A DNA stretch of 64,000 nucleotides from Octopus sinensis (taxonomy: Eukaryota), in assembly GCF_006345805.1 (NCBI RefSeq), contig NC_043020.1, positions 3,286,001-3,350,000 of the forward strand, given 5' to 3'. Below, one piece after another: positions 37,266 to 51,304 of the stretch. How positions within the stretch are numbered: the first letter of the stretch is position 1; each line of letters opens with the position of its first letter. The position numbers and the translations under genes are program-made. The notes beneath the pieces were generated by a model. It was not told the DNA's origin and searched no databases. It saw only the letters and a list, made by a program, of their open reading frames with translations.

Positions 37266-40200
37266 GTTTAAAGCATTGGATGAGACATGACTTACAGTAT
37301 CTGTTCTGCTTGTTTGTTTATGAGTTCAGATTCCACCTAATTGTCAGTAACCAGATCTAACTCCCCAACTATGGGAGCTTATCATCCGACCCACAGTCGG
37401 CCAGCATAAGTATGTATGCTTACAACCAGCGAACATAAGCTGGCAATAAGACATGCTGAGGCTGGCTTCCATTGAGCAGAATGCAACGGAGGGAAATAAG
37501 TGCTTGTGTATTCTTAGATATACACGATGGTTATCAATGGACCATCTTTGATCATTGGCCTTCTGCTCTGTCAGCATTGGTCTAGAGTTTGATAACAACT
37601 GCTAATATTTCAATGTAAATCTAGGGTGGCAAGCTGGCAGAATTGTTAGCTTTGCTGGGCAAAATGTTGACAGCATTTCATCTGACTTCATGTTCTGAGT
37701 TCAAATTCTGCCAAAATCAGCTTTACCTTTCATCCTTTCATCGGAGCACTGGGATCGATGTAATTGACTTACATCCTCTCCTGAAATTGCCGACCTTGTG
37801 CCAAAATTTGAAACTAATATTTTAATGTAAATCATATCATAATATAAGCACCAATTTGAGATAAAAAACGAATCAGAGTTACTGACAAGAACTCAAACCT
37901 CTCACTTGCTTAGCAAACTTATCACCAACTACATTGCAGAGCATCTGCCATTTCATTACCTTAAATTCCTCCTTTTCTTCATCATCATCATTTTACATCC
38001 ATTTTCCATCCATTTTCCAACATCGCTTGGCTTGGACAGGTCCTTTCTTTCATCATGTCATAATGTTGCCACTTGTTCCATTATTTTGTCTTCCTCAATC
38101 TTCCTGGGTCTTCCACTTCCACTGGTCCCTTCCACTTCCATTTCCACTGGTCCCTTCCACTTCCACTGGTCCCTTCTACATGGACTTCCTGGCATTCCTT
38201 TATTCATTTGTCATCAATGATATTGATTGATATCAACATGTATCGATGCAGTTGTCTTCTGATCCCTGAATATAAACTCAATTCTTCTCTCAGCTCATCA
38301 TGGACTCGAAAATTACATTAGGAAATATAATTCGTTTCTGCTATTTTAATTATCTGCACAAGATAAGGGATCAGTCCCTTTTCCCTTTCAAATTGATACT
38401 AATATTGGTCTAATATTTTTGCTGGCCTGGTGTAAAGAATATCATCATCATCATCATCATCATTGTCATCATAGCTGTTCAGCAGAGTCCTTTAAAATGT
38501 TTGTCTCTTTCTCTCTAATAACAGCAGTGATTACAAAAAACTGCCATGTAGTATATATAGTAATACAGGTTTCTACAAATACAAGCTGTATAAATATATA
38601 TTAGGGGCAGAAGCAGTATTAATAAGTTACATGTTTTATATATTGCAAACACAGTAACTGCGCTACAGACCCAATGTTGTTATTTAGCCCCTACTCAAAC
38701 AGACCTATGACCACCTCATCTTATTTTTTAAGATGATAGTTTAATTAAATTTGGTGGAGATTTGACTGCTATATCTAGCTGGTTGAGTAAGCACATACAG
38801 GCTCCCACATTGGTTTGTGTCAGTATAAAGTAAATGTTATAGGTTCATAAAAATACAGACTACCATGTTTGATGGTATATAAGACACACTTTTTCCAAAA
38901 AGATATCCAAAATATCACCCCAAATTCTATATATGAAGTTGGGTCTTCCATGAGCTTTCATATACTAAAAACTTGTCTTGGGAAGGTCATCATGCCAATA
39001 ATAGTAAACAGCTGCACTGATTCGATATCACTTCTTTATTGTTAGTCACTTAGTTAAATATCCAACCAATTAACTAATCAATTATTTGTTTAATGTGCTG
39101 GTTAAACAATTGGTTGTTTGCTATTTGCAACCTCTTCAATGACTTGCTGGGTAGCATATTAAACAAATGATCCATTAGTTGGATATTTAACCAATTGACG
39201 AATAATAAAGAGGTAAAATTGAACCAGTGTGTGTGTGTGTGCTTTTTATTGGTGTAATAATCCTCCCAAGACCCAACGAGATTTGCTTGAACACAAATTC
39301 CCATCAAGAACCTTGTGAGCCAAATACAAAATCGAAGTACTAAAAACTATTTTTCCTGAATATTCACTGCTGAAATTGGTCTGTGTCTAATATGCCTTTA
39401 GTTCTTTTATACCATTTGAATATGGTACATGTTTTAATTATGCTAAATAAAATAAACACTATAGATACTACATACACACACACACACATGTGGTGCTCTA
39501 CTAAAGTTTTATGTGCTGGCTAAAACAAGCTAAAGAATCTGTATAATGTAAGATACAAGTTTTGAGAGTCAAAACTATTGAAAAGGTTGCAAGACGCAAC
39601 AAAAATTTTAGGACAATAAAAATAAGAAAAAAGTGGAAATTTTACCGGTGGGTGTGTTACATTATAAGGCACAAAAAGAAACTGACTCTCCCCAGATACA
39701 ATAGAATATGCTTCAACACACAAACTCATATAAAGACTGTTGCAAACCAAATCCAAAAACGAAATATAAGATATAAGGTAAATACAACAAACACGATGTA
39801 TATCCTACATGTTGTAGCTTTATATCCATTTTTTTAAAAATATAATAAAGTAAATAAATAATACATGTTTGTATGACGTAAATCAGTGGTTTCCAACCAG
39901 GGTCCATATTAAGATTTTTAAATTTATGCACAGTAAACTGGTTCTATTTCTACAATACACAATATTTGCTAATTTTTCTCTACAATTCCTAAAAATATTT
40001 CATCATAAAAATAGGAGTTTTTAGACATCAAATGGCTTTGAGGGTCCCCTTGCCTATGTGAATTAGGAATCAAAGGAGTCCATCAGCAAAACCACTCATG
40101 TAAATAATATAAATCATAGAAATATATGCTACATGTTTTATCCAAAATAAATACTATCAAAATGATACATGTTTGGATGTAGTAAATAGTCTCTAAAATA

Positions 40201-41433
40201 TAAATATGCTTGATGTAAATAAATTACACTAAGTTGTAATAGTGCTGATTGTTTACACCTAATTAATTAGATCTTAAAATGTAGACAGCTCAAAAGCTGT
40301 GAGATGAAACCAAATTGTGTGATGTTGTGTGGAACTCTGTACACTTGTTAGCTTTATTATGCTGAAATACCCTGGAACACTATAATTTCAATATGGACAC
40401 ATCCCTTTCACCTGGAACACACTAGCCATTATCTGCATTAATATTTTGTTTTTTTTATTTTGTGGAAATACCCAGGAACAGTACCCTTATGTAGATAAAC
40501 TAATTCATATCCACTTCATTTGAAAAGTAGCAAGCATAAAACACCTTATTACATTGAAATACTTTGGTTTAATAGTTTAAAGGATGGAAATAGATCTGGG
40601 TTTGCCAGCCTCAATGTGTAGAAAAACATTCACATCTGACTTATGTGGAATGTGGTAAGATTGAGTCACATTACTTGAGTGTTAAATCACATCCATTTTT
40701 ATGCATAAAGTATGATGGACCTTTCTGTGGTGCTGTTTTTCTCACAGGTGGTGCCCAACTACCCCTACTGTACTATGTAGTCGACAAAATCAAAAACAAT
40801 GCGCATATACAAAATTAAAAGTATAAAATGGCAACAATTTACCCATCACACCCTGTATATATGTGTCTATTTTGTTCCTGCAAACCAATGTAAATTGGTG
40901 TAGATGCCTTGTTGTATATGAAATGTAAAAGGGAACTAACTCTCTAAAGGTGTGTAACTAATAAATTTAGTCATTTAATATTTGATAAATAAAAATCCAT
41001 AAAATGAGTAACAGTCTGGGTTGGTATCATTGACTAAGACTTTGAAAGCAGTGCCCCAGCATGGCTACAGTTTATTGAATGAAACCAGTAAAGAAATATA
41101 TTCCTGAAGAGTTTAAGCAAAATTATGATAGGCCAATAAATCAACCCGCTTGTGCTGTATGGGTTCAATATGTACACACAAACTTTACGTGTATATTTCT
41201 ATAATATACTACAGAACATATCTATAAATTGCAGAGAAAAGAGGAGACAGCTATGTATTTATGTTTTGATCCTCAGCAGCAACTGTGTACCCTCCTTTAC
41301 TATCCACAAACACACTGCTTTTAAACCCATTAAGGCTAGGTGCTGAAATAAAGTAGATAGATTCATTTACCTCTTGGCAGATAGTTTGAACATTGACTTT
41401 CTGGTGTGTAAGTGCTTTGTCTCATTGCTGTAA

Positions 41434-41793
41434 TCTCTATATATATATAAACGGCAAAATGTCTCTGTGTGTGTCCTTTATACAAATCCACAATTTTTCA
41501 GTTAGAGGGCTTTCTATGGTCATTCAAAACCATCCAAGGGTGGTCGTGCACATCTTTACATTTACCCAGTCACCCCGCAAAGCCATTAAAAAATCAATAG
41601 AAGTGACTTTTTTGTGAATATTCTATCCAAAACCCAATCAAGATGCCCAAAACTTGACACGCCAATTGAATGCCAGCTAGCTGTATATGATTGGTCAGAG
41701 ATTTGGACAGTACTCGCGTATATGTGCGCACGCACGCAGCTGTATATGCATGCACTAGCATTATGACCCGGCGTTGCCGGGTCATAGTGCTAG
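41434..41793 (+). mobile_element. Non-autonomous Helitron-type element, complete
   Basis: 5' TC, 3' CTAG, A|T insertion without TSD; terminal hairpin actagcattatgacccggc-gtt-gccgggtcatagtgctagt. Confidence 0.8.
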
Positions 41794-43019
41794 TATATCA
41801 TAAAATATTTCTGTAGATTTATCAACCAACACTGTGTATTATGGCAAATGTAATGTCTATATAATATGTATAATCTAAATCTATAAAATGCAATGGAATT
41901 GAAACACTGTTAAAACATGAGTAATTTCATGTTCAAACTAAGCCACCAAAAAAGTGTTAAATATGCAAAATTGCAACTTCTACTAACATTAGTGGCTTTA
42001 TAAGTAAACTGGTTTTTGGATTGTTAAAGAGAGTGCACAACTGCTAACAAAGATCCCAACCAAGAGAGATATGTACAAGTACAACAAGTCCCTCTTTTTC
42101 TCTCCATTAACATACTGTTTGCATTCATTGTAACACAAAGTGTTGGCTACAACTGGATCAAGCTAAAGCTGTGTCATTGAGAAATTTGCTTCTGAACCAC
42201 ATAGTTTTGGGCTCAGTCCCACCGCATGGCACAGTTTCAATTCTAGCCTTGGGCTAACCAAAGCCTTGTGAGTGGATTTGGTAGACGGAAACTGGAAGAA
42301 GCCTGTCGTATATATGTATATATATATGTATGTATGTATGTGTGTCTGTGTTTGGGTCTTCTTATTTTGATATCACACGATAATTGTAAATGAGTTTCAC
42401 TGTCATACAAGCAGGGTCATTCATTTCTAATATTCTGCAAAAACATGTTTAGCCACTGAGAAATATCAGCTTACTTGGAAACAGGTGAGGGTTGACAACA
42501 GGAAGGGATCTTGCGATATAAAAATTTCCCTAATTAAACTCCAATCTTGCGTGGAAAAGTGGAGGCATAGGAGTGGCTGTGTGGGTAAGTAGTTGCTTAC
42601 AAACCACATGGTTCCGGGTTCAGTCCCACTGTGTGGCACTTTGGGCAAGTGTCTTCTACTATAGCCTCGGGCTGACAAAAGCCTTGTGAGTGGATTTGGT
42701 AGACGGAAACTGAAAGAAGCCTGTCGTATATATGTATATATATATGTATGTGTGTGTCTGTGTTTGTCCCCCCCAATATCACTTGACAACCGATGCTGGT
42801 GTGTTTATGTCTCCGTAACTTAGCGGTTCGGCAAAAGAGATCGATAGAATAAGTACTAGGCTTAGAAAGAATAAGTCCTGGGGTCGATTTGCTCCAGCAT
42901 GGCCACAGTCAAAATGACTGAAACAAATAAAAGAGTAAAAAAAAAAAGTATTGAAATGATGATGATTGTGATGATTATATGTCCAATAGTGCATTGTAGC
43001 AATGAAAGAAAACACTATA

Positions 43020-43296
43020 AACACACCAGCCAGGACCACTGGACTGGCTCCTGTGCAGATGGCATGTAAAAAACACCATTTGTTCATGGCTGTTGCCAAT
43101 ACCGCCTGAGTTGCACGTAAAAAGCACCCACTACACTCTCGGAGTGGTTGGCATTAGGAAGGGCATCCAGCTGTAGAAACTCTGCCAAATTGAGATTGGA
43201 GCCTGGTGCAGCCATCTGGTTCGCCAGCCCTCAGTCAAAATCGTCCAACCCATGCTAGCATGGAAAGCGGACGTTAAACGATGATGATGATGATGA
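43020..43296 (+). mobile_element. Family C retroposon 3' end with (GAT)n tail. Also + at 10205-10392 and 29150-29413; - at 8585-8750, 11421-11800, 15083-15500, 22503-22735, 25540-25890, 53072-53237
   Basis: Shared ggcattaggaagggcatccagctgtagaaac...ccaacccatgc.agcatggaaa.cggacgttaaa(cgat)gatgat sequence; variably 5'-truncated. Confidence 0.8.
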
Positions 43297-44119
43297 TAAT
43301 AATAGATATAAAATGGTATAAGCATAAGCTTATATTAGAAATTATTTTAAAAGTGGTGACTTGGCCGAAGTCTTAGAACTTCAGATACAATGCCCCTGGC
43401 TGTTATTTGGCCTGAGACTATTTTCTCTGAGTTCAAATCCTGCTGCCAAGATCAGCTTTGCTTTCCATCAATAAAATAAAGTACCAGTCAAATACTGGGG
43501 GTCAGAATGGTTGACTGTTTCCTTTCCCCTAATTTCTGGTTTTGTACTTATGTAAGAAATCTTTATTATTGTTGTTGTTTCGGTTTGAAGCCCCTTGTAG
43601 TCTTTCAAAGTATTTTTCAATATGTTTTTCATGAATGTGTGTGTGTGTGTGCCTTTTTTAAAAATTTCTTTAGGATATAGGAGGAGGGGGTTTAAAAATA
43701 TTGATTTTTGGGTGGGGTTCACTATTTTTAAACTAAAACAATAACTGAATGTTTCTGCTTTTTTTTCATTTTCCAATATTTCATTTTATGCCATTATATT
43801 GTATTTCACTATTTTTCGTTCCCTCTTCCCTTCTACCTCCACCTCCCACATCACTACATGTCATTTTATTCATTCTTTACTCTTGTGGCTAATAAACAAA
43901 TGATTATTGTTGTTATTACTAATAGTTTTTATGTTGTATTGGTAGAATCTTTAGTACTGTGGCAGTCATGTTCCTTTGTGTATCTTACCATGACCACCTT
44001 TAACTTTCATTCATTCAGGGGTAGATAAAATAAAGTAGCAGTCATGTACCCGAGACAATTTAACCATTCAACAAATTTTCTCATCTTGTACTTATAGAAG
44101 AAAATAACTTTTATCATTG

Positions 44120-44300
44120 TTAAGGGAGGGGATTGGCAGAGAATCAGAGAATACCATGCAGTATTTGTTCTGGCTCCTTGTTCTGAGGTCATATTGACCT
44201 TTTAAGGTCAATAAAAACATACTAGTCAAATGCTAGTGTCTGTGGTATCAACTAAGCCCCACTCTGCAAAATCTCAGGCTTTATGCCTATGTTAGGAACA

Positions 44301-44346
<46 letters not shown>

Positions 44347-44564
44347 CACAAATGGTGGTGAGCTGGCAGAATTGGTAGCATGCTGGACAAAATGCTTAGT
44401 GGCATTTCATCCATCTTCATGTTCTGAGTTCAAATTTCACCGAGGTCAACTTTGCCTTTCGTCCTTTCAAGGTTGATAAATAAGTACCAGTTGAGTACTG
44501 GGGTCAATGTGATCGACTACACCCCTCCCCACAAAATCTAGGCATTGTGCCTATAATAGAAAGG

Positions 44565-44617
<53 letters not shown>

Positions 44618-45068
44618 GGGGGCGAGCTGGCAGAATCGTTAGCATGCTGGGTAAAAAGCTTAGCAGTATTTCGCCCGTTGCTACATTCTGAGTTCAGATT
44701 CTACAAAGGTTGACTTTGATTTTCATCCTTTCAGGGTCGATAAAATGAGTACCAATTGAGCACTGGGGTCGATGTGATCGACTTAATCCCCTCCTCCAAG
44801 TTTTCAGTTCTTGTGCCTACAGTAGAAAAGATTATTATTATTATTATTATTAAGGCTGGCCGAATCGTTAGCAAGTTGGGCAAAATACTTTGCAGTTTTC
44901 CGTCTGTCCTATACATTCTGAGTTCAAATGCTGTCGAGATTGACTTTGCCTTTCACCCTTTCGGAGTTGATGAAATAAGCACCAGTTGGGATCTGGGGTC
45001 AATGTAATCAACTAGCCCCTCCCACCAAATTTCAGGCCTTATGCCTTTAGTAGAAAGGATTATTATTA
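44120..45068 (+). mobile_element. Head-to-tail chain of four family-B-variant SINEs with (ATT)n tails
   Basis: Units begin near 44120, 44352, 44617 and 44852; each has the ggcagaatc head and gcctttcatcc/tgataaa..agtaccag core and ends in an ATT repeat. Confidence 0.8.
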
Positions 45069-45818
45069 ATATTATGTTAGTGATTCAACCAATTTTGTAT
45101 GCTGAATACCAAGCCACTACTATTATTTTTTTATTATTTTTTTATTACTTTTTAAAAGATGTTTCTGTTCCTAGTTCTTTCCCAAACGATGTTTGATTTA
45201 CATTAAACTAATCTAGTTTTGCTGTGTTTGGAAATTGAAGAAATCAAAATAACAAAACCATGTCTGTGTGTCTCTTGGTTGCAGTTCCAATAGAATTTGC
45301 TGCTGGTTTTTTTTGGTTTGTTTTGTATTGAAATTTTAATAAGTTGCAAATTGTTTAATTTTTTTTTGTTCTTTTTTTTTCCCCCCTTTAAGTTCCCAAT
45401 TTATCCCTTTCCCTTGTATTTTTGCACAGTGGTATCTGAGAATGCTTCCGCTATGGTTTCCATCCTGGTAATGCTGCTGTTTTTGTTTGCTATACTTGTG
45501 TGAATTACAATTCTTTTTTTTCCTTTTTGTTAATAAATATATTAATCCATTTTAAAAATGTTTGTGATGACCCCTTGTCTGGCATTGTGTCGAGTGACCA
45601 ACCTGTTATCATTTATATTACATACACACATGCAAGCACACACACATATATACATATATATATCCACACATGTATATGTATGTATGTATGTATATGTATG
45701 TTGGATTCAAATTCTACCAAGGCCAACTTTGTCTTTCATTCTTTTAGAGCCAATAAAAAATACATACCAGCTGAACACTTTGCTCAATGCTGACCTTGTA
45801 CCAAATTTGAAACTGTAT

Positions 45819-45889
<71 letters not shown>

Positions 45890-45931
45890 CATATATATAT
45901 ACACACATATATATATATACATATATTGAGC

Positions 45932-45964
<33 letters not shown>

Positions 45965-47426
45965 TATATAATTTCATTTAAACATATTGAGATTAAATAT
46001 TTCTGAATATATATATCCAGAAATATTTATAAATGAGTTCTTAAAATCTTCTCAAATCACAACCTCCTGTCTTACAAAATGGAAAAAAGGAAAGGGCTAC
46101 ATTGGATAATACTGTCTTGTATAACTTGAAGATGCTCACCATCCTATTCCCACTCTTAGTTCAAAGACATTCTGCCTCCTCGCTTCTTTTTCTGCTACTG
46201 CCCCTACTACTACTGCTACTAATACTACTATCATGATGTAGGTATGGTATTTAGGCAATTTCATGTTTGTTGAAAATATTGATGTCTTATACAAAGCAAA
46301 GGGAACATTTTATAATTGATGAAAAACAAAAGTGGAAACTTAGAAAAAGGTAAGAAACTATGCCTATATAGTTTGCTGAAAACTCATTTGGTTCTGCTGC
46401 CATTCACTTCATATGACTGGCTTTACTGAAAGATTAATGTAAATAACCTGAAGAATAATGTAACATTAAATGTAAATATTTTTTTCCTCTGGTTTAGTCA
46501 GAAAAGGATTGTCACAAATGATCCTTTTCTAAGGACTTCTGAAATTATGGAGACAAAAGGAGGAAGAAAATGAGAACCTGGTTTGAAATCTTGCAGCAGA
46601 ATAGATTCCACTATTTTACACTCAAGGGTCCAGTGGTGGTGATTAAATTTGGAGACAGGTTAAACTACCCCTTACAACCAGGTACAATCCATACAACAAG
46701 TTCTTGCATCATTTTTATTTCTGGAATTGAGCAGTGATTCTCAAACTTATTTTCACTTCTAGTAGTCAGTGATGGTTTTGGGCTACATGTCTGCACTTGT
46801 ACTCTTTCTGTGCAAGACTTTCACAATGTGAGTCACACTTTTGACCCTCTTTCAACATATTCTGCAGAGATTCGTTGCACTTGTATGGTATATATCCCTT
46901 TTCACCGAATTGGCATTCAATGCCTGATCCCAGGTAGTGATGATTAGGCTTTCAGTATTCTTTTTTAGGTCTCCCTTGCTGAGCCACCATTAAAGTGACA
47001 CTGGGGTACAAATATACAAAGCCCGATACACCCATCATGACTACCTGTCTGATAAGGGTACACTGGCCTGTCTGACTGGCACATGCATCACAACCATATG
47101 TGTGCAACATCATGATCTCATATCAAGATAAACAGTGCATGACCTTGTAGGTGGGGCCCAGTTAGAATTTTCTGCAGGTCAACTAGCCCAAAATATCCCT
47201 GAATAAGGTTTGTTTCCACTACTCCTGCTCATGATAGAGATGTCCATATCATCAGTTACTAAGGGACACGCCCAACTGGTTAAGATCAAGCAAATCTGTG
47301 GTATTGAGCAGAATATTTGTTGTAGCACATCTTTTATATCATAACAAAACTATGTACATTATAAAAATTCCAATCATTTAAAATCAGAAGTCATGAGAGC
47401 CGTGGCCTGGTACTGCTTCAGGGCAG

Positions 47427-47710
47427 GGGCACATGGTTTAGTGGTTAGGGTGTTGGACTCATGATCATAAGATTGTGGTTAGGGTATTGGACTCATGATC
47501 ATAAGATTGTGGTTTCGATTCCTGGACCAGGCAATACTTTGTGTTCTTGAGCAAAACACTTCATTTCACGTTGCTCCAGTCCACTCAGCTGGCAAAAATG
47601 AGTAACGCTGCAATGGACCAACATCTTATACAAATAGGAAATATATACATCATTGAAACTGGAAAACTGGCCCTTGTCAGTCAGCATGACTTGAGAAGGT
47701 AACGTTACCT
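47427..47710 (+). mobile_element. tRNA-derived SINE (third family) with duplicated head segment; antisense relative near 51900-52110
   Basis: tggtttagtggttagg and ggtttcgattcc boxes; ttgagcaaaacacttcatttcacgttgctccagtccactcagctg core; nested in the tail of another repeat with TSD-like tgc(t/a)tcaggg flanks. Confidence 0.6.
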
Positions 47711-49335
47711 TTTTTATTGCATCAGGGTATTTATGATTATTATTATCATTTTTATTATTATTATTTTTTACATTCCAAGTTCAAATTCCGTTAAGGCCAA
47801 CTTTGCTTTTCATCCTTTCAGGGTTGATAAATTAAGGACCAGTCACACATTTTTGTTGTTTGGCAAGTATAGATATATGTGGTCAATTTCATATAAAAGA
47901 AATAAGGTCTATGGCATTGGAACCATGGCTTTCTATTCTTCCATGCATCTTCTCTAGATTTTCCAAGTCCCTCACCCTTTGCCAATGTGGCAGAAAGTTT
48001 GCCTGAATTTAACGTTTAAGCAGAATATCCAGACATATCTGCAATGCTTCTATTAACCCCTCCTTTCATCAATACTTCCCTGATTGATTCTAATTGATTG
48101 AACAAACCAATGAATAATTAAAGATATTTCCAACCATGACCACATGTATAACACTGAGTAACAAAATTTTTTTTTTTTTTTTCCTTGTCTTCGGTCAGTA
48201 AGTATTATTCCATACTTGCTTCTATCTAAAAATCAAAGGAAATGACTACTAATCCCTTCTGACTTTGATTTTGTGACCTGGACATCAATGTTTTAAAACT
48301 GACCTATTTTCCATTAATTTCAGACAGATTCAGCCCCGAATTGCTGAAGCAGAAATATTGTTATAGCAAATATTCTACTCGGTACCACAGATTTACTTGT
48401 CAGTTGCTTGACCATGTCCCTTAGTGGTTGACAATATGTGCATCTCTGATCATGAGCAAGAGTACTGGGAGAGCATCATAGTCCTGTGTTGAGAAGGACT
48501 CTTTGGGGTTTGAATAAATGTAACAAAAGTTTGAAGGAAATATTAGTAATTTTTCATACTTTTTCAGGTAAGCAAATAGGAAATAGCATTTGCTACCCAA
48601 GGACAAAAATCCTGTTACAATGTGTAATATATCAAAAACTATATTACCCAAAGTATTTGCTCTTCCCCCCTTTTTTTAAAAAACCCTTTAGCATTCAGAT
48701 TATTGTGCCAAATGTTCTGCTTATTTGTTCTCATTGCTTTGAATTAATCATGCATTATCTTGTAGCTTTGAGATCTCAATGATATGATTATTTAATCGTT
48801 TAGTTTTAGAATGACAATGTAGGGTAGGTGTGAGAGGCTGGATCTGGCCAGTTTGAACAAAAAGCAGAATATTTGGGCTGAATATGTTTGGTTTAAATGC
48901 TAAAGGGAAAAGTCAGCAAGGTGTGATTTGAGGAAGGTACCTTTCTTTTTTTTTTGCCTGCTATTTGTAGCAGATCAAGAGACTATATACAGACTCCTTC
49001 ATATAAATATATAGTCTTCTCCTTGTTGTTGTTATTGTTTTTTTACTCTTTATTAGCTTCAACTTCCTTTCCGTCTATTTTCCTCTTCATTTCTCCTCTC
49101 TTGTTTCTCTCTTTCTTATTTCTCTCACTCTTCTTTCTCTTTCTTCTCTCTCCTCAATATATTTTTCACTCCATACTTCTTTCTCCTTCTCTCTTTTTCT
49201 TGTTTCTCTCTCACTTCTCTCTCGCTTTCTCTCTTCCTGGTTTATTTTTCATTCTGTACATCTGTTTTCTCTCTCTTCCTGCTCTATATTTCCTTCTTCC
49301 TCCTTATTTTCTTATTATTTATTCATTTTCTTTCC

Positions 49336-49340
<5 letters not shown>

Positions 49341-49377
<37 letters not shown>

Positions 49378-49560
49378 CATCTCTCTCCTTATTCCTAACA
49401 ACTTCTCTGTATTAAACAAGCTTAGAAGCATCATTGATTTAAACAATTCACCCCCAATTTGTCATTTGATTTTTTTCTCCCAGTTTAAACTTGCACTGCA
49501 TGTCCTCCCTTAAACTGTCTTCACTTTATCTGTGTCACCTTCTCCCACCACTACCACCAC

Positions 49561-49599
<39 letters not shown>

Positions 49600-49819
49600 A
49601 TGATAATACTATTACTACTACTACTAAATATTGCAATGCTGTGTAACATGCAGCAATGCACAGGTAGCAATCATTTATATTTATATAAATATATTTATCT
49701 TTATTATTGCTTTTTTAAAAACAAACTCTGTTTTGTATATGACCCCACCCCCCGATCCCATCCCCCCCTCTGCTTCCCACTATTTCTTTCCCTCCATTAT
49801 ATAACTCCATCTGCTATTT

Positions 49820-49861
<42 letters not shown>

Positions 49862-50048
49862 ATCTCTCCATCTCTCTCCTTATTCCTAACAACTTCTCTG
49901 TATTAAACAAGCTTAGAAGCATCATTGATTTAAACAATTCACCCCAATTTGTCATTTGATTTTTTTCTCCCAGTTTAAACTTGCACTGCATGTCCTCCCT
50001 TAAACTGTCTTCACTTTATCTGTGTCACCTTCTCCCACCACTACCACC

Positions 50049-50088
<40 letters not shown>

Positions 50089-50333
50089 ATGATAATACTA
50101 TTACTACTACTACTAAATATTGCAATGCTGTGTAACATGCAGCAATGCACAGGTAGCAATCATTTATATTTATATAAATATATTTATCTTTATTATTGCT
50201 TTTTTAAAAACAAACTCTGTTTTGTATATGACCCCACCCCCCGATCCCATCCCCCCCTCTGCTTCCCACTATTTCTTTCCCTCCATTATATAACTCCATC
50301 TGCTATTTTCTCTCTCTCTCTCTCTCTCTCTCT
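49341..50333. repeat. Near-perfect tandem duplication, unit ~490 bp, bounded by (CT)n tracts
   Basis: ttgcactgca occurs at 49491 and 49981; identical pseudo-ORF text at 49600 and 50089. Confidence 0.95.
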
Positions 50334-50866
50334 CATTTCTCATTCTGTCTATACTGATAACCCCTTTCCACTCTCAATCTCACCTTCTTTGACCTTTTTC
50401 TCTTTCTCTCTCTCTCTCTCTCTCTCACTTTTCACCCTCTCTTATTTTCTGTGAAGAAAGTAATAAGTTAAATTATACTTAATTTAGTATTTTTGATAAC
50501 ACCATTTTCTTGAGATGTCATCAAATTTAATACTAAATAGTTATGTCTATGTATGTATGTATGTATGTATACCAAAAGTTTAAATAGAAACACAGCAAAT
50601 GGAAAATTCACACACAGGGCTTTGCTAATTCCTTGTCAGTTGTCAAGTATGAGTCTATTGCATCTTATGACTGATAGAATAAGTACTAGGCTTACAAAGA
50701 ATAAGTCCTGGGGTCGATTAGTTCGACTAAAGGCAGTGCTCCTGAATGGCCAAGTCAAATGACTGAAACAAGTAAAATAGTAAATGAATATGCATTATTT
50801 GTGTGTGTGTGTGTGCATTTATGTATTATAAATGCGTGTATACACACATATGTATGTGTGTGTGTG

Positions 50867-51304
50867 TATATATATAAAGCTGAAGTTGTCTGTGTGTGTG
50901 TGGCAGGTTTGGTAGCCTTCAACTAACACTATTTCCTCCAAGACCCTACGGTGCAAGTTGACCAAAATTGAGAGTATGATAGAAGAAGGCTTGCTCCTCA
51001 TTCCACAGAAGAAAGAATTCAAATCGGACCATGTTAAGATCCAAAATTATTTACATCAAAAAGGTGCTTTTTTCTATGAAAATCCCTACTTTTTATGATT
51101 TTTTTACTGCTGTGTCGTCATTTTTCGGTGTATTTCAACCAGAAAAATGTTCACTTGAAGAGAATAACAAGCTACATAATGCAAATTTTTTGCATCTCAA
51201 AAAAGACTGAAACTATGTTAAAACTTTGTTTACGCGATATCAAAGTCTGCCGTTTTAAGTGCAACTAAAAAACAAACCCGAGCAATGCCAAGCTATACTG
51301 CTAG
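50867..51304 (+). mobile_element. Non-autonomous Helitron-type element (different interior)
   Basis: TATATAAAG start followed by a TG tract; ends aaacccgagcaatgccaagctatactgCTAG|t. Confidence 0.65.

Noticed and set aside
42563-42635. tRNA-like A/B boxes
   Set aside because: SINE heads continuing into repeat bodies; no complete cloverleaf, so not tRNA genes.
44120-45068. Regularly spaced repeats reminiscent of a CRISPR array
   Set aside because: Units are ~230-bp SINEs in eukaryotic intron DNA, with no unique spacers or cas genes.
48868-48885. ATT TGG GCT (IWA) codons
   Set aside because: Inside a piggyBac-type MITE, followed by GAA rather than a stop, with no usable acceptor.
48954-50454. 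Longest ORFs in the track (153 and 157 aa)
   Set aside because: Leu/Phe/Ser-rich translations of pyrimidine tracts and of the tandem duplication.
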